Shown here in pieces: positions 12,412 through 25,940 of a DNA stretch of 64,000 nucleotides; within the stretch, counting starts at the first letter, position 1, and every line of letters begins with the position of its first letter. The position numbers and the translations under genes are program-made. The notes under the pieces are model-generated. The model saw nothing but the letters and a program-made list of their open reading frames with translations, ran no database searches and was not told the DNA's origin. Source of the stretch: Eledone cirrhosa (taxonomy: Eukaryota); contig OZ024745.1 of the NCBI GenBank assembly GCA_964016885.1, positions 12,462,001-12,526,000 of the forward strand, read 5' to 3'.

Positions 12412-12965
12412 ATCCAAAGAGGGCTCGATAGGGATAAATATATATCAAATATATAAGAACCGTAGAGCAAATATTTATTAAAATAACAGATTAAAGTTTA
12501 AGCAAAGAATCGGCTGCTTTCACCCTTAATGGGATCTTCTGAAACTAAAAAAGAAAAAAAAAAATCAATCTGTGAATGCAGAAGTAAATATTTCGAAAAA
12601 CGTTGCAACCGAAAGAAGACAGGAAGGCGATACTTTGGTTCGTGGAGACGTAGTTTTAGGTATTTCTTCTTGCTTGGTACGGGTATGTTCTTTGTAGAAA
12701 TATTCAGATGTTTCTGCATTATGAATATAAGTCAATAGAGTACTCAGTCAAGGGAGCCAAATAGTAATAATAATAAATTTGAAGACATCCAAAGAGGGCT
12801 CGATAAGGATAAATATATATCAAATATATAAGAACCGTAGAGCAAATATTTATTAAAATAACAAATTAAAGTTTAAGCAAAGAATCGGCTGCTTTCACCC
12901 TTAATGGGATCTTCTGAAACTAAAAAAAAAAAAATCAATCTGTGAACGCAGAAGTAAATATTTCT
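12412..12965. repeat. Direct repeat pair (~180 bp each) with ~190-bp spacer
   Basis: ATCCAAAGAGGGCTCGATA...GCAGAAGTAAATATTTC at ~12412-12594 and ~12787-12964. Confidence 0.9.
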
Positions 12966-13079
12966 AAGCCGAGCTTTCCCAATTGCACCTCTCACGGGCA
13001 ATGACACACGACCATGACCTCTGGCGTCACACAGAAAACCCGACTTTCCACAGGAACATATAGACAATTTTTGTTTTCC

Positions 13080-16000
13080 TTTGTTGTTTTTATGTCCTAT
13101 CAACTAATCCGACCTCCAAAATGCTTGCAATTGACTATTATTTTAGCATATTAACAACAAATATGATTTCCACTGCAATTAAAAATGACTAGCTTTGTGA
13201 ATGGTTTTTCCACCCACTTTCTGCCTTCATTTTTCTACAAAGCTAATCATTGACGATAGGTTTCAAAGTTATATTCATTCATAATATGTGAAAAAAATAG
13301 TCAACTGTGAGCATTGGTGTGATGAAAATGGTAGGAGTAGGTGTTCTGTAATAAATTTACCATATAGTGAAGTATGGGGTAGATTAATGTACTGTGGTGT
13401 GCTTTGTTATAAGTGAGGATTTAAATTTCCACTTTGATTTATGTTATAAAAAAAATTTTTCATTCATTTTTGCATGCGTTATCAACTTCCAAGAAGCTCG
13501 CAGTGGACTATGCTTTTAGCATATTAACAAAAAATATGACTTCCGCTGCAATAAAAAATGACTAGCTTTGTAAATGGTATTTCCTCCCACATCCTCCCTC
13601 CTTTTTTTACAAAGCTAGTCATTTTCATCAGGTTTCAATGTCATAACCATTGATAATATGTGCATAAAATAGTAATTTGCGAGCACCTTTTATGTCAAAT
13701 TGGGTGGTAAGCACAAAAAAAAAAAAAAAAAATGCCAGATGAAAATTTGTCACACCAAAATCAATATCTTGGTGTGATTTGGTGAAGTTTCTACAAAGAT
13801 AGTCATTTTCGACAGGTTTCCATGTCATATTTATTGATAAGTGGAAAAAAAAATAGTCAATTGGGAGCACCTTTAATGTCAGATTGGGTGGTAAGCACAC
13901 ACAAAAAAAAAAAAAGGAAATGGGAAGAAAATTTTTCACACCAAGATCAATAGCTTGGTGTGATGTAGTATGGTGTAACTTGGTATGGTGTGGTTTGGTT
14001 TGGTGAAGTTATGAAATGGAAACCAATTGTAAACGATAGATTCCCATGTCATATTCATTGATAATGTGTGGGAAAATAGTCATTTGCAAGCACCTTTGAT
14101 GTTAGTTTGAGGTGGTAACCACAAAAAAAAAAAAAAATGCAAGTAGCAAATTTATCACATTAATGTCCAAGTGATGTAAATGATAGGAGTATGTGTTCTG
14201 TAATAAATTACCATATAGTGAAGTATGGTTATGGTGTGGATTGAGGTAGATTAATGTGCTGTGGTGTGCTTTGTTATAAGTGAGGATTTAAATTTCCACT
14301 TTGATTTATGTTAGAAAAAAAATTTTTCATTCATTTTTGCACGTGTTATCAACTTCCAAGAAGCTCGCAGTGAACTATGCTTTTAGCATATTAACAAAAA
14401 AATATGACTTCCGCTGCAATAAAAAATGACTAGCTTTCTAAATGGTATTTCCACCCACATCCTCCCTCTTTTTTCTACAAAGCTAGTCATTTTCATCAGG
14501 TTTCCATGTCATAGCCATTGATAATATGTGTATAAAATAGTAATTTGCGAGCACCTTTTATGTCAAATTGGGTGGTAAGCACAAAAAAAAAAAAAAAAAA
14601 ATGCCAGATGAAAATTTGTCACACCTAAATCAATATCTTGGTGTGATGTAGTATGGTGTGGTTTGGTGAAGTTTCTACAGGTTTCCATGTCATAATTATT
14701 GATAAGTGGAAAAAAAAATAGTCAATTGGGAGCACCTTTAATGTCAGATTGGGTGGTAAGCACACACACAAAAAAAAAAAGGAAATGGGAAGAAAATTTT
14801 TCACACCAAGATCAATATCTTGGTGTGATTTGGTGAAGTTTCTACAAAGATAGTCATTTTCGACAGGTTTCCATGTCATATTTATTGATAAGTGGAAAAA
14901 AAAATAGTCAATTGGGAGGTAAGCACACACAAAAAAAAAAAAAGGAAACAGGAAAAAAATTTTTCACACCAAGATCAATAGCTTGGTGTGATGTAGTATG
15001 GTGTAACTTGGTATGGTGTGGTTTGGTTTGGTGAAGTTATGAAATGGAAACCAATTGTAAACGATAGATTCCCATGTCATATTCATTGATAATGTGTAGG
15101 AAAATAGTCATTTGCAAGCACCTTTGATGTTAGTTTGAGGTGGTAACCACAAAAAAAATAAAAATGCAAGTAGCAAATTTGTCACATTAATGTCCAAGTG
15201 ATGTAAATGATAGGAGTATGTGTTCTGTAATAAATTACCATATAGTGAAGTATGGTTATGGTGTGGATTGAGGTAGATTAATGTGCTGTGGTGTGCTTTG
15301 TTATAAGTGAGGATTTAAATTTCCACTTTGATTTATGTTAGAAAAAAAATTTTTCATTCATTTTTGCACGTGTTATCAACTTCCAAGAAGCTCGCAGTGA
15401 ACTATGCTTTTAGCATATTAACAAAAAATATGACTTCCGCTGCAATAAAAAATGACTAGCTTTGTAAATGGTATTTCCACCCACATCCTCCCTCTTTTTT
15501 CTACAAAGCTAGTCATTTTCATCAGGTTTCCATGTCATAGCCATTGATAATATGTGCATAAAATAGTAATTTGCGAGCACCTTTTATGTCAAATTGGGTG
15601 GTAAGCACAAAAAAAAAAAAAAAAAATGCCAGATGAAAATTTGTCACACCTAAATCAATATCTTGGTGTGATGTAGTATGGTGTGGTTTGGTGAAGTTTC
15701 TACAGGTTTCCATGTCATATTTATTGATAAGTGGAAAAAAAAATAGTCAATTGGGAGCACCTTTAATGTCAGATTGGGTGGTAAGCACACACACAAAAAA
15801 AAAAAAAGGAAATGGGAAGAAAATTTTTCACACCAAGATCAATATCTTGGTGTGATTTGGTGAAGTTTCTACAAAGATAGTCATTTTCGACAGGTTTCCA
15901 TGTCATATTTATTGATAAGTGGAAAAAAAAATAGTCAATTGGGAGGTAAGCACACACAAAAAAAAAAAAAGGAAGTGGTAAGAAAATTTTTCACACCAAG

Positions 16001-18250
16001 ATCAATAGCTTGGTGTGATGTAGTATGGTGTAACTTGGTATGGTGTGGTTTGGTTTGGTGAAATTATGAAATGGAAACCAATTGTAAACGATAGATTCCC
16101 ATGTCATATTCATTGATAATGTGTGGGAAAATAGTCATTTGCAAGCACCTTTGATGTTAGTTTGAGGTGGTAACCACAAAAAAAAAAAAAAATGCAAGTA
16201 GCAAATTTGTCACAATGTCCAAGTGGTGTAAATGATAGGAGTATGTGTTCTGTAATAAATTACCATATAGTGAAGTATGGTTATGGTGTGGATTGAGGTA
16301 GATTAATGTGCTGTGGTGTGCTTTGTTATAAGTGAGGATTTAAATTTCCACTTTGATTTATGTTAGAAAAAAAATTTTTCATTCATTTTTGCACGTGTTA
16401 TCAACTTCCAAGAAGCTCGCAGTGAACTATGCTTTTAGCATATTAACAAAAAATATGACTTCCGCTGCAATAAAAAATGACTAGCTTTGTAAATGGTATT
16501 TCCACCCACATCCTCCCTCTTTTTTCTACAAAGCTAGTCATTTTCATCAGTTTTCCCTGTCATAACCATTGATAATATGTGCATAAAATAGTAATTTGCG
16601 AGCATCTTTTATGCCAAATTGGGTGGTAAACACAAAAAAAAAAAAAAAAAAATGCCAGATGAAAATTTGTCACACCAAAATCAATATCTTGGTGTGATTT
16701 GGTGAAGTTTCTACAAAGATAGTCATTTTCGACAGGTTTCCATGTCATATTTATTGATAAGTGGAAAAAAAAATAGTCAATTGGGAGGTAAGCACACACA
16801 AAAAAAAAAAAAGGAAATGGGAAGAAAATTTTTCACACCAAGATCAATAGCTTGGTGTGATGTAGTATGGTGTAACTTGGTATGGTGTGGTTTGGTTTGG
16901 TGAAGTTATGAAATGGAAACAAAAAAAAAAAAAAAAAAATGCCAGATGAAAATTTGTCACACCTAAATCAATATCTTGGTGTGATGTAGTATGGTGTGGT
17001 TTGGTGAAGTTTCTACAGGTTTCCATGTCATAATTGTTGATAAGTGGAAAAAAAAATAGTCAATTGGGAGCACCTTTAATGTCAGATTGGGTGGTAAGCA
17101 CACACACAAAAAAAAAAAAGGAAACAGGAAAAAAATTTTTCACACCAAGATCAATAGCTTGGTGTGATGTAGTATGGTGTAACTTGGTATGGTGTGGTTT
17201 TGTTTTGTTGAAGTTATGAAATGGAAACCAATTGTAAACGATAGATTCCCATGTCATATTCATTGATAATGTGTGGGAAAATAGTCATTTGCAAGCACCT
17301 TTGATGTTAGTTTGAGGTGGTAACCACAAAAAAAAAAAAAAAATGCAAGTAGCAAATTTGTCACGTTAATGTCCAAGTGGTGTAAATGATAGGAGTATGT
17401 GTTCTGTAATAAATTACCATATAGTGAAGTATGGTTATGGTGAAGTATATGGTGTGGATTGAGGTAGATTAATGTGCTTTGTTATAAGTGAGGATTTAAA
17501 TTTCCACTTCTATTTATGTTAGAAAAAAAATTTTTCATTCATTTTTGCATGTGTTATCAACTTCCAAGAAGCCCGCAGTGGACTATGCTCTTAGCATATT
17601 AACAAAAAATATGACTTCCGCTGCAATAAAAAATGACTAGCTTTGTAAATGGTATTTCCACCCACATCCTCCCTCTTTTTTCTACAAAGCTAGTCATTTT
17701 CGACAGTTTTCCATGTCATAATTATTGATAATATGTGCAAAAAATAGTCAATTGCAGCACCTTTGATTGTCAGATTGGGTGGTAAGAGCACACACAAAAG
17801 AAAAAAAAGAAACAGGAAGAAAATTTTTCACACTGAGATCAAAAGCATGGTGTGGTGTAGAATGGTGCAGTTTGTTTTGGTGTGGTTTGGATTGTTATAG
17901 TTATGACATGGGAACCTATTGCAAATGATAGGTTTCCATGTTATATACATTGATAATGTGTAAAAAAATAATCATTTGTGAGCACCTTTGATATCAGATT
18001 GGGTGGTAAGCACACACACACACAGAAAAAAAAAAAAACAGGAAGAAAAATGTTCTCACTGAGATTAATAGCATGGTGTGATGTAGTATGGTGTAGTTTG
18101 TTATGGTGAGGTTTGGTGTAGTTTGGTTTGGTGTAGTTTGGTGTAGTTATAACATGGAAGCCTATCATAAATTTACCAAGGTATGGTATAATCTGGTTTG
18201 GTGTAGTGTAGGTTAGTGTAGTGTGGTGTGTTATTGTGTTGCATTGCATC
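13080..18250. repeat. Higher-order satellite: ~5 units of 0.87-1.16 kb built from reshuffled ~130-190-bp modules
   Basis: Marker GTGAGGATTTAAATTTCCACT at ~13412, 14280, 15307, 16331 and 17488. Submodules (AGGTTTCCATGTCATA..TTGATAA..GAGCACCTTT..GGTGGTAAGCAC-polyA) recur in variable number. Confidence 0.92.
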
Positions 18251-18339
18251 ATATAGCGTGTTTCTCTTTAAATTAAAATCATTAAAATGTAATGCCTATC
18301 TTCTATATCTTAAAGAGTGAGCTTAAATGTGATTGCAAA

Positions 18340-21300
18340 TGACTTTTTTCTCTGGGTTCATGTTAGATTTAGGGTAAGTTTTACTGTTAATGGTAAGTTT
18401 ATTGTTAGTGACTGTGTTACTGTTAGCATTACTGTCACTGTTTGCGTTACTGTCTGCGTTAGCATTTGCATAAGCGTCTATGTAAGCTTTTGTGTTAGTG
18501 TCTATGTAAACTGGTGTTAGTGTTTGCGTAAGTGTCAGCATTTGCGTCAGCGTCTGCACTGGTGATAGTGATTGTGTCAGCATTTCCCTTCGTGTCTAAG
18601 TCAACATTAGTGTTAGCATTAGTGTTTGTTTCAGTGCCTGCGTCTACGTCAGCTTCTGAGTCAGCATTATCATTAGCGTCCGCGTCAGCATCAGTGTGCA
18701 CGTCAGTATTTGCATTAGTGTTTGAGTCAGTGTTAGCATCAGCGTTTGCATTTGTGTAGGAGTTAGCATTTGTGTCAGCATCTGCATCAGCATTCACATT
18801 AGTCTTTGTCAGCATTTCCGTTAGCGTCTGTGTCAGTGTGTATGTTAGCTTCTACGTCAGCGTTTTCGTCTGTGTCAGTATCAGTATTTACATCTACATC
18901 AGCGTCAGCGTTTCAGTTAACGTCAGTGTTTATGTTAGCGTCTGTGTCAGCGTTTACGTTAGAGTCTGTGCCAGCGTTTACGTTAGCTTCTACGTCAGCG
19001 TTTCCGTAACGTGTACGTCAGCGTTTTCCGTTAGCATTAGCGTTTCCATTAACCTTTCCTGTGGCGTCCGCATCATTGCAGCGTCTGCATATCCCATGTA
19101 AGCGTTAACTTCAGCATTTGCGTCAGCCCTAGCGTCCGCATCAGCATTTGCGTTAGCGTCAGCATACACGTCAGCGCCGGCAATACTGCCTCAACATTTG
19201 CGTCAGCGTTAGCTTGGCTTTGGCTTCAGCAATCCGCATCAGCAATTGCGTTTTGGAGATCAGCTTCGGCGGTAAGGGTAAACGCTAACTTCTACGCCTG
19301 CTTCTACGTAACAACTACGTCAGCGTTTTGTTAGCTTCTACGTCAGCGTTTACGTTTGCTTCTACATCAGCATCTACGTTAGCTTCTACGTCAGTGTCTA
19401 CGTTAACATCTACGTCATCGTTTACGTTAGCTTCTATGTCAGCATCTACATTAGCTTCTACGTCAGCGCTTACATTAGTGTCTGTGTCAGCATTTGTGTT
19501 AGCTTTTACGTCAGCGTCTGTGTCTGTATTTACATCTACATCAGCGTCAGTGTTTACGTTAGCGTCTGTGTCAGCGTTTACGTTAGAGTCTGTGCCAGCG
19601 TTTACGTTAGCTTCTACGTCAGCGTTTCCGTAACGTGTACGTCAGCGTTTTCCGTTAGCATTAGCGTTTCCATTAACCTTTCCTGTGGCGTCCGCATCAT
19701 TGCAGCGTCTGCATATCCCATGTAAGCGTTAACTTCAGCATTTGCATCAGCGTTAGCGTTAGCCTTAGCCCTAGCGTCCGCATCAGCATTTGCGTTAGCG
19801 TCAGCATACACGTCAGCGCCTGGCAATACTGCCTCAACATTTGCGTCAGCGTTAGCTTGGCTTTGGCTTCAGCAATCCGCATCAGCAATTGCGTTTTGGA
19901 GATCAGCTTCGGCGGTAAGGGTAAACGCTAACTTCTACGCCTGCTTCTACGTAACAACTACGTCAGCGTTTTGTTAGCTTCTACGTCAGCGTTTACGTTT
20001 GCTTCTACATCAGCATCTACGTCAGCTTCTACGTCAGTGTCTACGTCATCGTTTACGTTAGCTTCTATGTCAGCATCTACATTAGCTTCTATGTCAGCGC
20101 TTACATTAGTGTCTGTGTCAGCGTTTGTGTTAGCTTCTACGTCTATGTCAGTGTCTGTATTCACATCTACATCAGCGTTAGCGTTTATGTTAGCATCTGT
20201 TTCAGCGTTTATATTAGCTCTGCGTCAGTTTTTACGTTAGCATCTGTGTTAACGTGTGCTAGTGTCTGTGTCAGCGTCTGTGTCAGCATCAGCGTCTGCG
20301 TCAGCATTTTCATTAGTGTTTCCTTTAGCTTCTACGTCAATGTTTACGCCTGCATTAAGGTTAACGTGTGTCTGTGTCTGTGTCAGCGTCTGCGTCAGCA
20401 TTTTCATTAGTGTTTCCTTTAGCTTCTACGTCAATGTTTACGCCTGCATTAAGGTTCACATTAGCATCGCTGTCATCGTTTTCGTTTGCTTTAACATCTG
20501 GATCAACATTTGCGTCTGTTTGCATTAGTGTCTGCATTTGCTTTTTTTATATCAGTGTCAGCGTTAGAGTCTGGGTAGCATTTACATCAGCGTGTACGTC
20601 AGAGTCTTTGTCAGCATTCGCCTTTGCACCTGCATTAGTATTCACGTTAGTGTTTGTGTCAGCGTAAGCGATTGTGTCAACATTTGCACTAGCGTTTGTG
20701 CCAGCATAGCCATCTTCGTCAGTGTCAGCGTTGGCGTTGGCGTTGGCGTTAGTGTTTGATTTTGTATTAGTGTTAGCATTTTTGTTAGTGTTAGTGTTCA
20801 GGTTAATGTTGACTTAGTTTTCAGGTTAGGGCTCGTGTTACTTTTAATGTTAGTGCTCAGGTTAGTGGTTTATGGTAGTGTTAGTTTTAGTGTTCAGGTT
20901 AATGTTCGTGTTAATGTCAGTGCTCAGGTTAGTGTTAGTGTTTACTGTAGTGTTAGTTTTAGTGTTGAGGTTAATGTTAGCTTAGTTTTCTGGTTAGTGT
21001 TAGTGTTAGTGTTAGTTTTTATGGTAGTGTTAGTGTTACTGTTAGTGCTCAGATCAGTGTTAGTGTTTGTGTTACTGTTTATGGTAGTGTTAGTTTAAGT
21101 GTTAATGTTAGTTTTAGTGTTAAGGTTAGTGTTTGTTTTTGTGTTAATATTTTTGTTAGTATCTCTGTTAGCATTAGTGATTGATGTTTCCATTAGTGTT
21201 AGTGATTGTGTTAGCGTTAGTCTTTGTTTTTGTGTTAATGTTAGCATTAGTATTTCTGTTAGTGTTAGCATGAGTGTTTGTGTTAGTTTTCAGGTTAGTG

Positions 21301-23000
21301 TTAGTGTTCAAGTTAGTGTTAGAGATTGTGTTAGTGTTAGTATTTGTTTTTGTGTTAGTATCTATGTTAGCATTAGTATTTCTGTTAGTGTTAGCATTAG
21401 TGTTTATGTTAGTGTTCAAGTTAATGTTAGTGTGAGAGATTGCGTTAGTGTTTGTTTTTGTGTTAATATTTGTGTTAGTATCTCTGTTAGCGTTAGTGTT
21501 TATTTTAGTGTTGAAGTTAATGTTAGCTTAGTTTTCTGGTTAGTATCAGTTTTCAGATTAGTGTTTGTGTTAGTGTTACTTTTAGTGTTAGTGCTCAGGT
21601 TAGTGTTTGTGGTAGTGTTAGTTTTAGTGTAAGTGTTCAGGTTAGTGTTAGTGTTCAAGTTAATGTTAGTTTTAGTGTTAAGGTTAATGTTAGTTTTAGT
21701 GTTAAGGTTAGTGTTAGAGATTGTGTTAGTGTTAGTATTTGTTTTTGTGTTAATATTTGTGTTAGCATCTCTGTTAGCATTAGTGTTTGATGTTTCCATT
21801 AGTGTTAGTGATTGTGTTAGCGTTAGTCTTTGTTTTTGTGTTAAGGTTAGCGTTAGTATTTCTGTTAGTGTTAGCATGAGTGTTTGTGTTAGTTTTCAGG
21901 TTAGTGTTAGTGTTCAAGTTAGTGTTAGAGATTGTGTTAGTGTTAGTATTTGTTTTTGTGTTAGTATCTATGTTAGCATTAGTATTTCTGTTAGTGTTAG
22001 CATTAGTGTTTATGTTAGTGTTCAAGTTAATGTTAGTGTGAGAGATTGCGTTAGTGTTTGTTTTTGTGTTAATATTTGTGTTAGTATCTCTGTTAGCGTT
22101 AGTGTTTATTTTAGTGTTGAAGTTAATGTTAGCTTAGTTTTCTGGTTAGTATCAGTTTTCAGATTAGTGTTTGTGTTAGTGTTACTTTTAGTGTTAGTGC
22201 TCAGGTTAGTGTTTGTGGTAGTGTTAGTTTTAGTGTAAGTGTTCAGGTTAGTGTTAGTGTTCAAGTTAATGTTAGTTTTAGTGTTAAGGTTAATGTTAGT
22301 TTTAGTGTTAAGGTTAGTGTTAGAGATTGTGTTAGTGTTAGTATTTGTTTTTGTGTTAATATTTGTGTTAGCATCTCTGTTAGCATTAGTGTTTGATGTT
22401 TCCATTAGTGTTAGTGATTGTGTTAGCGTTAGTCTTTGTTTTTGTGTTAAGGTTAGCGTTAATGTTAGCATTAGTATTTCTGTTAGTGTTAGCATTAGTA
22501 TTTCTGTTAGTGTTAGCATTAGTGTTTATGTTAGTGTTCAAGTTAATGTTAGTTTTAGTGTTGAGGTTAGTGTTAGAGATTGCGTTAGTGTTTGTTTTTG
22601 TGTTAATATTTGTGTTAGTGTTGAAGTTAATGTTAGCTTAGTTTTCTGGTTAGTATCAGTTTTCAGATTAGTGTTTGTGTTAGTGTTACTTTTAGTGTTA
22701 GTGCTCAGGTCAGTGTTAGTGTTTATGGTAGTGTTAGTTTTAGTGCTAGTGTTCGTGCTAATGTTAGTTTTAGTGTAAGTGTTCAGGTTAGTGTTAGTGT
22801 TTACGGTAGTGTTAGTTTTAGTGCTGCTGTTCAGGTTAGTGTTCGTGTCAGTTTTAGTGTTAGTGTTCAGGTTAGTGTTTGTGTTAGTTTTCATGTTAGC
22901 ACTAAGTTCACTGTTAGAGCATGTGTGAGTGCAAGTGTTATTTTTAAAGTTCGGTTTTAGCTTAAAGTTAGGTTTTCTACTTTCCAGGAAAAAAGTTGAT
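18340..23000. repeat. 4.6-kb degenerate hexamer array (TTAGCG/TCAGCG grading into TTAGTG) with internal ~625-643-bp and 606-bp duplications
   Basis: 6-bp periodicity and strong G/T skew. Duplicated blocks at ~18.9-19.5 and 19.55-20.2 kb. Identical ORF starts at 21633 and 22239 give a 606-bp period. Confidence 0.93.
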
Positions 23001-23139
23001 CCTCTCTAACTTGAGTGGTGTGATATAGTGTGGTAAAGTATAGTGTTTCGTAGTGTGGTGTTGGATAATGTGGTATGGTTATAATGTTTGTCAGTGTGGT
23101 GTGGTATGGTATAGGTTGATGTAGTGTGGCTTAGTTTGA

Positions 23140-23312
23140 TTATAATAATTCAAATAATAATAACAATAATAATAGTAATAATAATTGTTCTTGTTCATTT
23201 TCTTTGTCTTCTTCTGTGCCTTTGACTGCTTCTGTGCCTTTGACTGCTTCTGTGCCTTTGACTGCTTCTGTGCCTTTGACTGCTTCTGTGCCTTTGACTT
23301 CTTCTGTGCCAT
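23140..23312 (-). other. Exon-like module 3 with an 18-bp tandem repeat
   Basis: CTGAGAGA motif, pyrimidine-rich tract and TTTAG|ATGG acceptor. Phase-1 reading: DGTEEVK(GTEAVK)n..DKENEQEQ. Confidence 0.5.
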
Positions 23313-23611
23313 CTAAATACCAAAAACAAAGAATGTAAAACATATATGTTGCCTATCTCTCAGACTTTACAAAGTGGTGAGGAGATAAAGTTAATTTAAA
23401 GAGCAGTGTGCTCATGCACTGTGATCCTATAATGTAGCTTATAAGCTATTTCATAACTAAAAAACAATGTCAAACATCAACAAAAGTATATACAAATATC
23501 TTTGAATGTTTAAGTTAAACCTAAATAGATCGTATCTAAAGGTCATTAAGTTAAGACTGAACTAAGATCATATCTATAAATCATTAGGTTTAGACTGAAC
23601 TGAGATCATAC

Positions 23612-23711
23612 TTCTTTTCGTCATCTTCGTTTCCCGTGTCTTCTTTGTCTTTGTTGTCATTTTCATTTTCATTTTAGTCATCTGCTTCGTCGTCTTTTTC
23701 TTCTTTTCCAT
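23612..23711 (-). pseudogene. Exon-like module 2 (acidic, with one in-frame TAA)
   Basis: Same acceptor context, donor GTATGA at 23611. Phase-1 reading: GKEEKDDEADD*NENENDNKDKEDTGNEDDEK. Confidence 0.5.
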
Positions 23712-23817
23712 CTAAATATAAAAAAAAATTGTAAACAAATATATAGCTGATCTCTCAGACTTTCACGAAACACCGAGGAGATAGAGTTAATATAACGAGT
23801 GGGGAGCTCATATATAT

Positions 23818-24520
23818 CATCATCATCATCATCATCAGCGTTTAACGTCCGTGTTCCACGCTTGCATGGGTTTGGACGGGGGTAGTCCCACTTGAGGCAA
23901 GAGTGATTGTCTTGCTCGCATAGGACTGTCTGGCAGGTTTTCTACAGTTGGATGCCCTTCCTAACACCAACCACATTTACAGTGTGGGTCTGGGAGGTTT
24001 TTACCGTGTTGCCTACACGGCCACATTACAGCGTGGACTGTGTGTTTTTTGTCGTGACACCTACACGATCTCATTTGTTTCGGCCTCGATGGCGCGGCAC
24101 CAACATAACTTTACATAGAACGGGGTGGTGTGGATCGGGTGGGGGTGGTGGGACGGGGTGTATTTGTTAGAGATGCCTACTGGCTGGAGTAGGTTTTACT
24201 ATATATTTTAGGTAAGGCGGGTCTTCTCTGTTACTGAGTACCGCCAAAGGTCTCGGTCCAGTGACATTGTCTTGGAGAGGTGTAAGTGTGTGATGTCGGA
24301 GTTTATCAGCTCGTCCCAGGTTTTTCTAGGTCTGCCTATTCCGTGACTACCGTCTATCTTTATTGCCCTGCACTTTGTTATACAGCTATCGACTTTCATG
24401 CGCATCACGTGTCCATACCAACGTAGCCTTCTCTCGAGTAAACAACATCTGATCCCTCTTATCTCTAATTTATTCCTTAGTTTATTCCTTAGTTCGTTTA
24501 TGCTTTGCTATCTCTAATTT
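23818..24520 (-). mobile_element. RTE LINE 3' end with full 3' UTR and (GAT)n tail
   Basis: MMRMKVDSCITKCRAIKIDGSHGIGRPRKTWD... is nearly identical to 54009-54209; (CAT)n on the + strand at 23818-23837. Confidence 0.9.
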
Positions 24521-24838
24521 ATTCCTTAGTTCGTTTATATATATATATATGGTATAGCATGGTGTTATGTGGTCTGGTGTGGTACAACATGGTGTGATGT
24601 GGTGTGGTATGATATGGTGAGGCGGGGGAGGGGGACAACGTTAGATTAATGTTAACAATACACATGTAGCATCCACATGTGATGAGAAGGGGGAAACAGT
24701 GTTTAACTAATTTTAACATTACATGTAGCATCCATCTACAGGTGGTTAAGTTAAGACTGAGGTGTAATCATATGAAAAGGTCAATTTAAAACTACACAGA
24801 TTCTGCTTAAAATGATGGTCAATGAAGTGTTTACTTAC

Positions 24839-24886
24839 TCAGATCCTTTGAAATAACTTTCTTTCTCTTACTGTAACTGGACATAC
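24839..24886 (-). CDS. 48-bp microexon with start codon and NLS-like motif (MSSYSKRKKVISKDL)
   Basis: Acceptor ttttctatttcgtAG and donor GTAAGT. ATG at 24884-24882. Ends in phase 1, compatible with the acidic exons downstream. Confidence 0.5.
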   Translation of the reverse strand, partial: VCPVTVRERKLFQRI

Positions 24887-24916
24887 CTACGAAATAGAAA
24901 ACAGTCGAATAGAGAG

Positions 24917-25220
24917 TGGTGTGGTGTGGTGTGGTGTAGTGTAGTGTGGTGTGCGGTTTAGTGTAGTGGACAGTGGTGTGGTGTAGTGTAGTGGAGTGTG
25001 GTTTAGTGTAGTCGACAGTGGTGTGGTGTAGTGTGGTTCAATGTAGGGTGGGGATATGGTGTAGTGGAGTGTGGTGGGATGTAGTGTGGTAGCATGTGGT
25101 GTGTTGGCATGTGATGTGATGTGGCGTGGCGTGGTGAAATGTGATGTGATGTGGTGAAATGTGGCATGGTGTGGTGAAATGAGACGAGACGAGATGTGAT
25201 GTGGTGTGATGTGATGTGAA
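24917..25220. repeat. Degenerate (GTGTG/GTGTA/GTGAT)n pentamer tract
   Basis: 5-bp periodicity; similar tracts at ~18070-18240, 23015-23130, 24550-24620 and 26300-26510. Confidence 0.9.
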
Positions 25221-25647
25221 ATTTTGTCCTCCTATTTTTCATGTGCTATCAACTAATCCAATCTCCAAGATGCTTGAAACCAACTTTCTCCCCCCAGGAA
25301 AACGGCGGGGTGAGGTGGTTCCCCCTTCACCCGGATAACCCCTGCTTACTCGGAATTTTCTCTTTGATTCTATTTTCATGCGTTATCAGTGAATATGACT
25401 TCCAAACCAGTCAAAAACAACTAGCTTTGGAGAAAGAGGAGAGGGAGAGGGGAAGAGTTTTGCAGATCTACACCCCACTCACATGTTGTGGGACTTAATC
25501 ATTTTCGGTATATTTCCTGTGCTATTAATTTCCTGTGCTATTTCCTATGCTATTTCCTATGCTATTTCCTATGCTATTTCCTATGCTATTTCCTGTGCTA
25601 TTAATTAATCTGACCTCCTAGATGCTTCCAATCAACTTATTTCCCTG

Positions 25648-25940
25648 GGTTAGGTTTAGGGTGGGGTAATGTTTAGGGTTTAGTTTTAGGGTTGGGGTAA
25701 AGTTTAGGGTTTAGCTTTAGGTTTGGGGTAAAGTTTAGGGTTTAGCTTTAGGTTTGGGGTAAAGTTTAGGGTTTAGTTTTAGGGTTGGGGTAAAGTTTAG
25801 GGTTTAGCTTTAGGTTTGGGGTAAAGTTTAGGGTTTAGTTTTAGGGTTGGGGTAATGTTTAGGGTTTAGTTTTATGGTTGGGGTAATGTTTAGGGTTTAG
25901 ATTTAGTTTGGTTTGGTTTAGATTTAGGGTTGGGGCTAGA
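25648..25940 (+). repeat. Telomere-like 31-bp tandem array (GGGGTAAAGTTTAGGGTTTAGCTTTAGGTTT)
   Basis: GGGGTAA recurs every 31 bp from 25663 to ~25880; rich in TTTAGGG/TTAGG. Confidence 0.93.

Noticed and set aside
18317-22894. Long V/L/S/A- or N/T-rich ORFs as real proteins
   Set aside because: They are by-products of hexamer periodicity, occur in several frames on both strands and shift frame repeatedly.
25648-25940. True telomere or chromosome-fusion site
   Set aside because: The array is a 31-bp composite unit in one orientation, not pure TTAGGG or head-to-head arrays.
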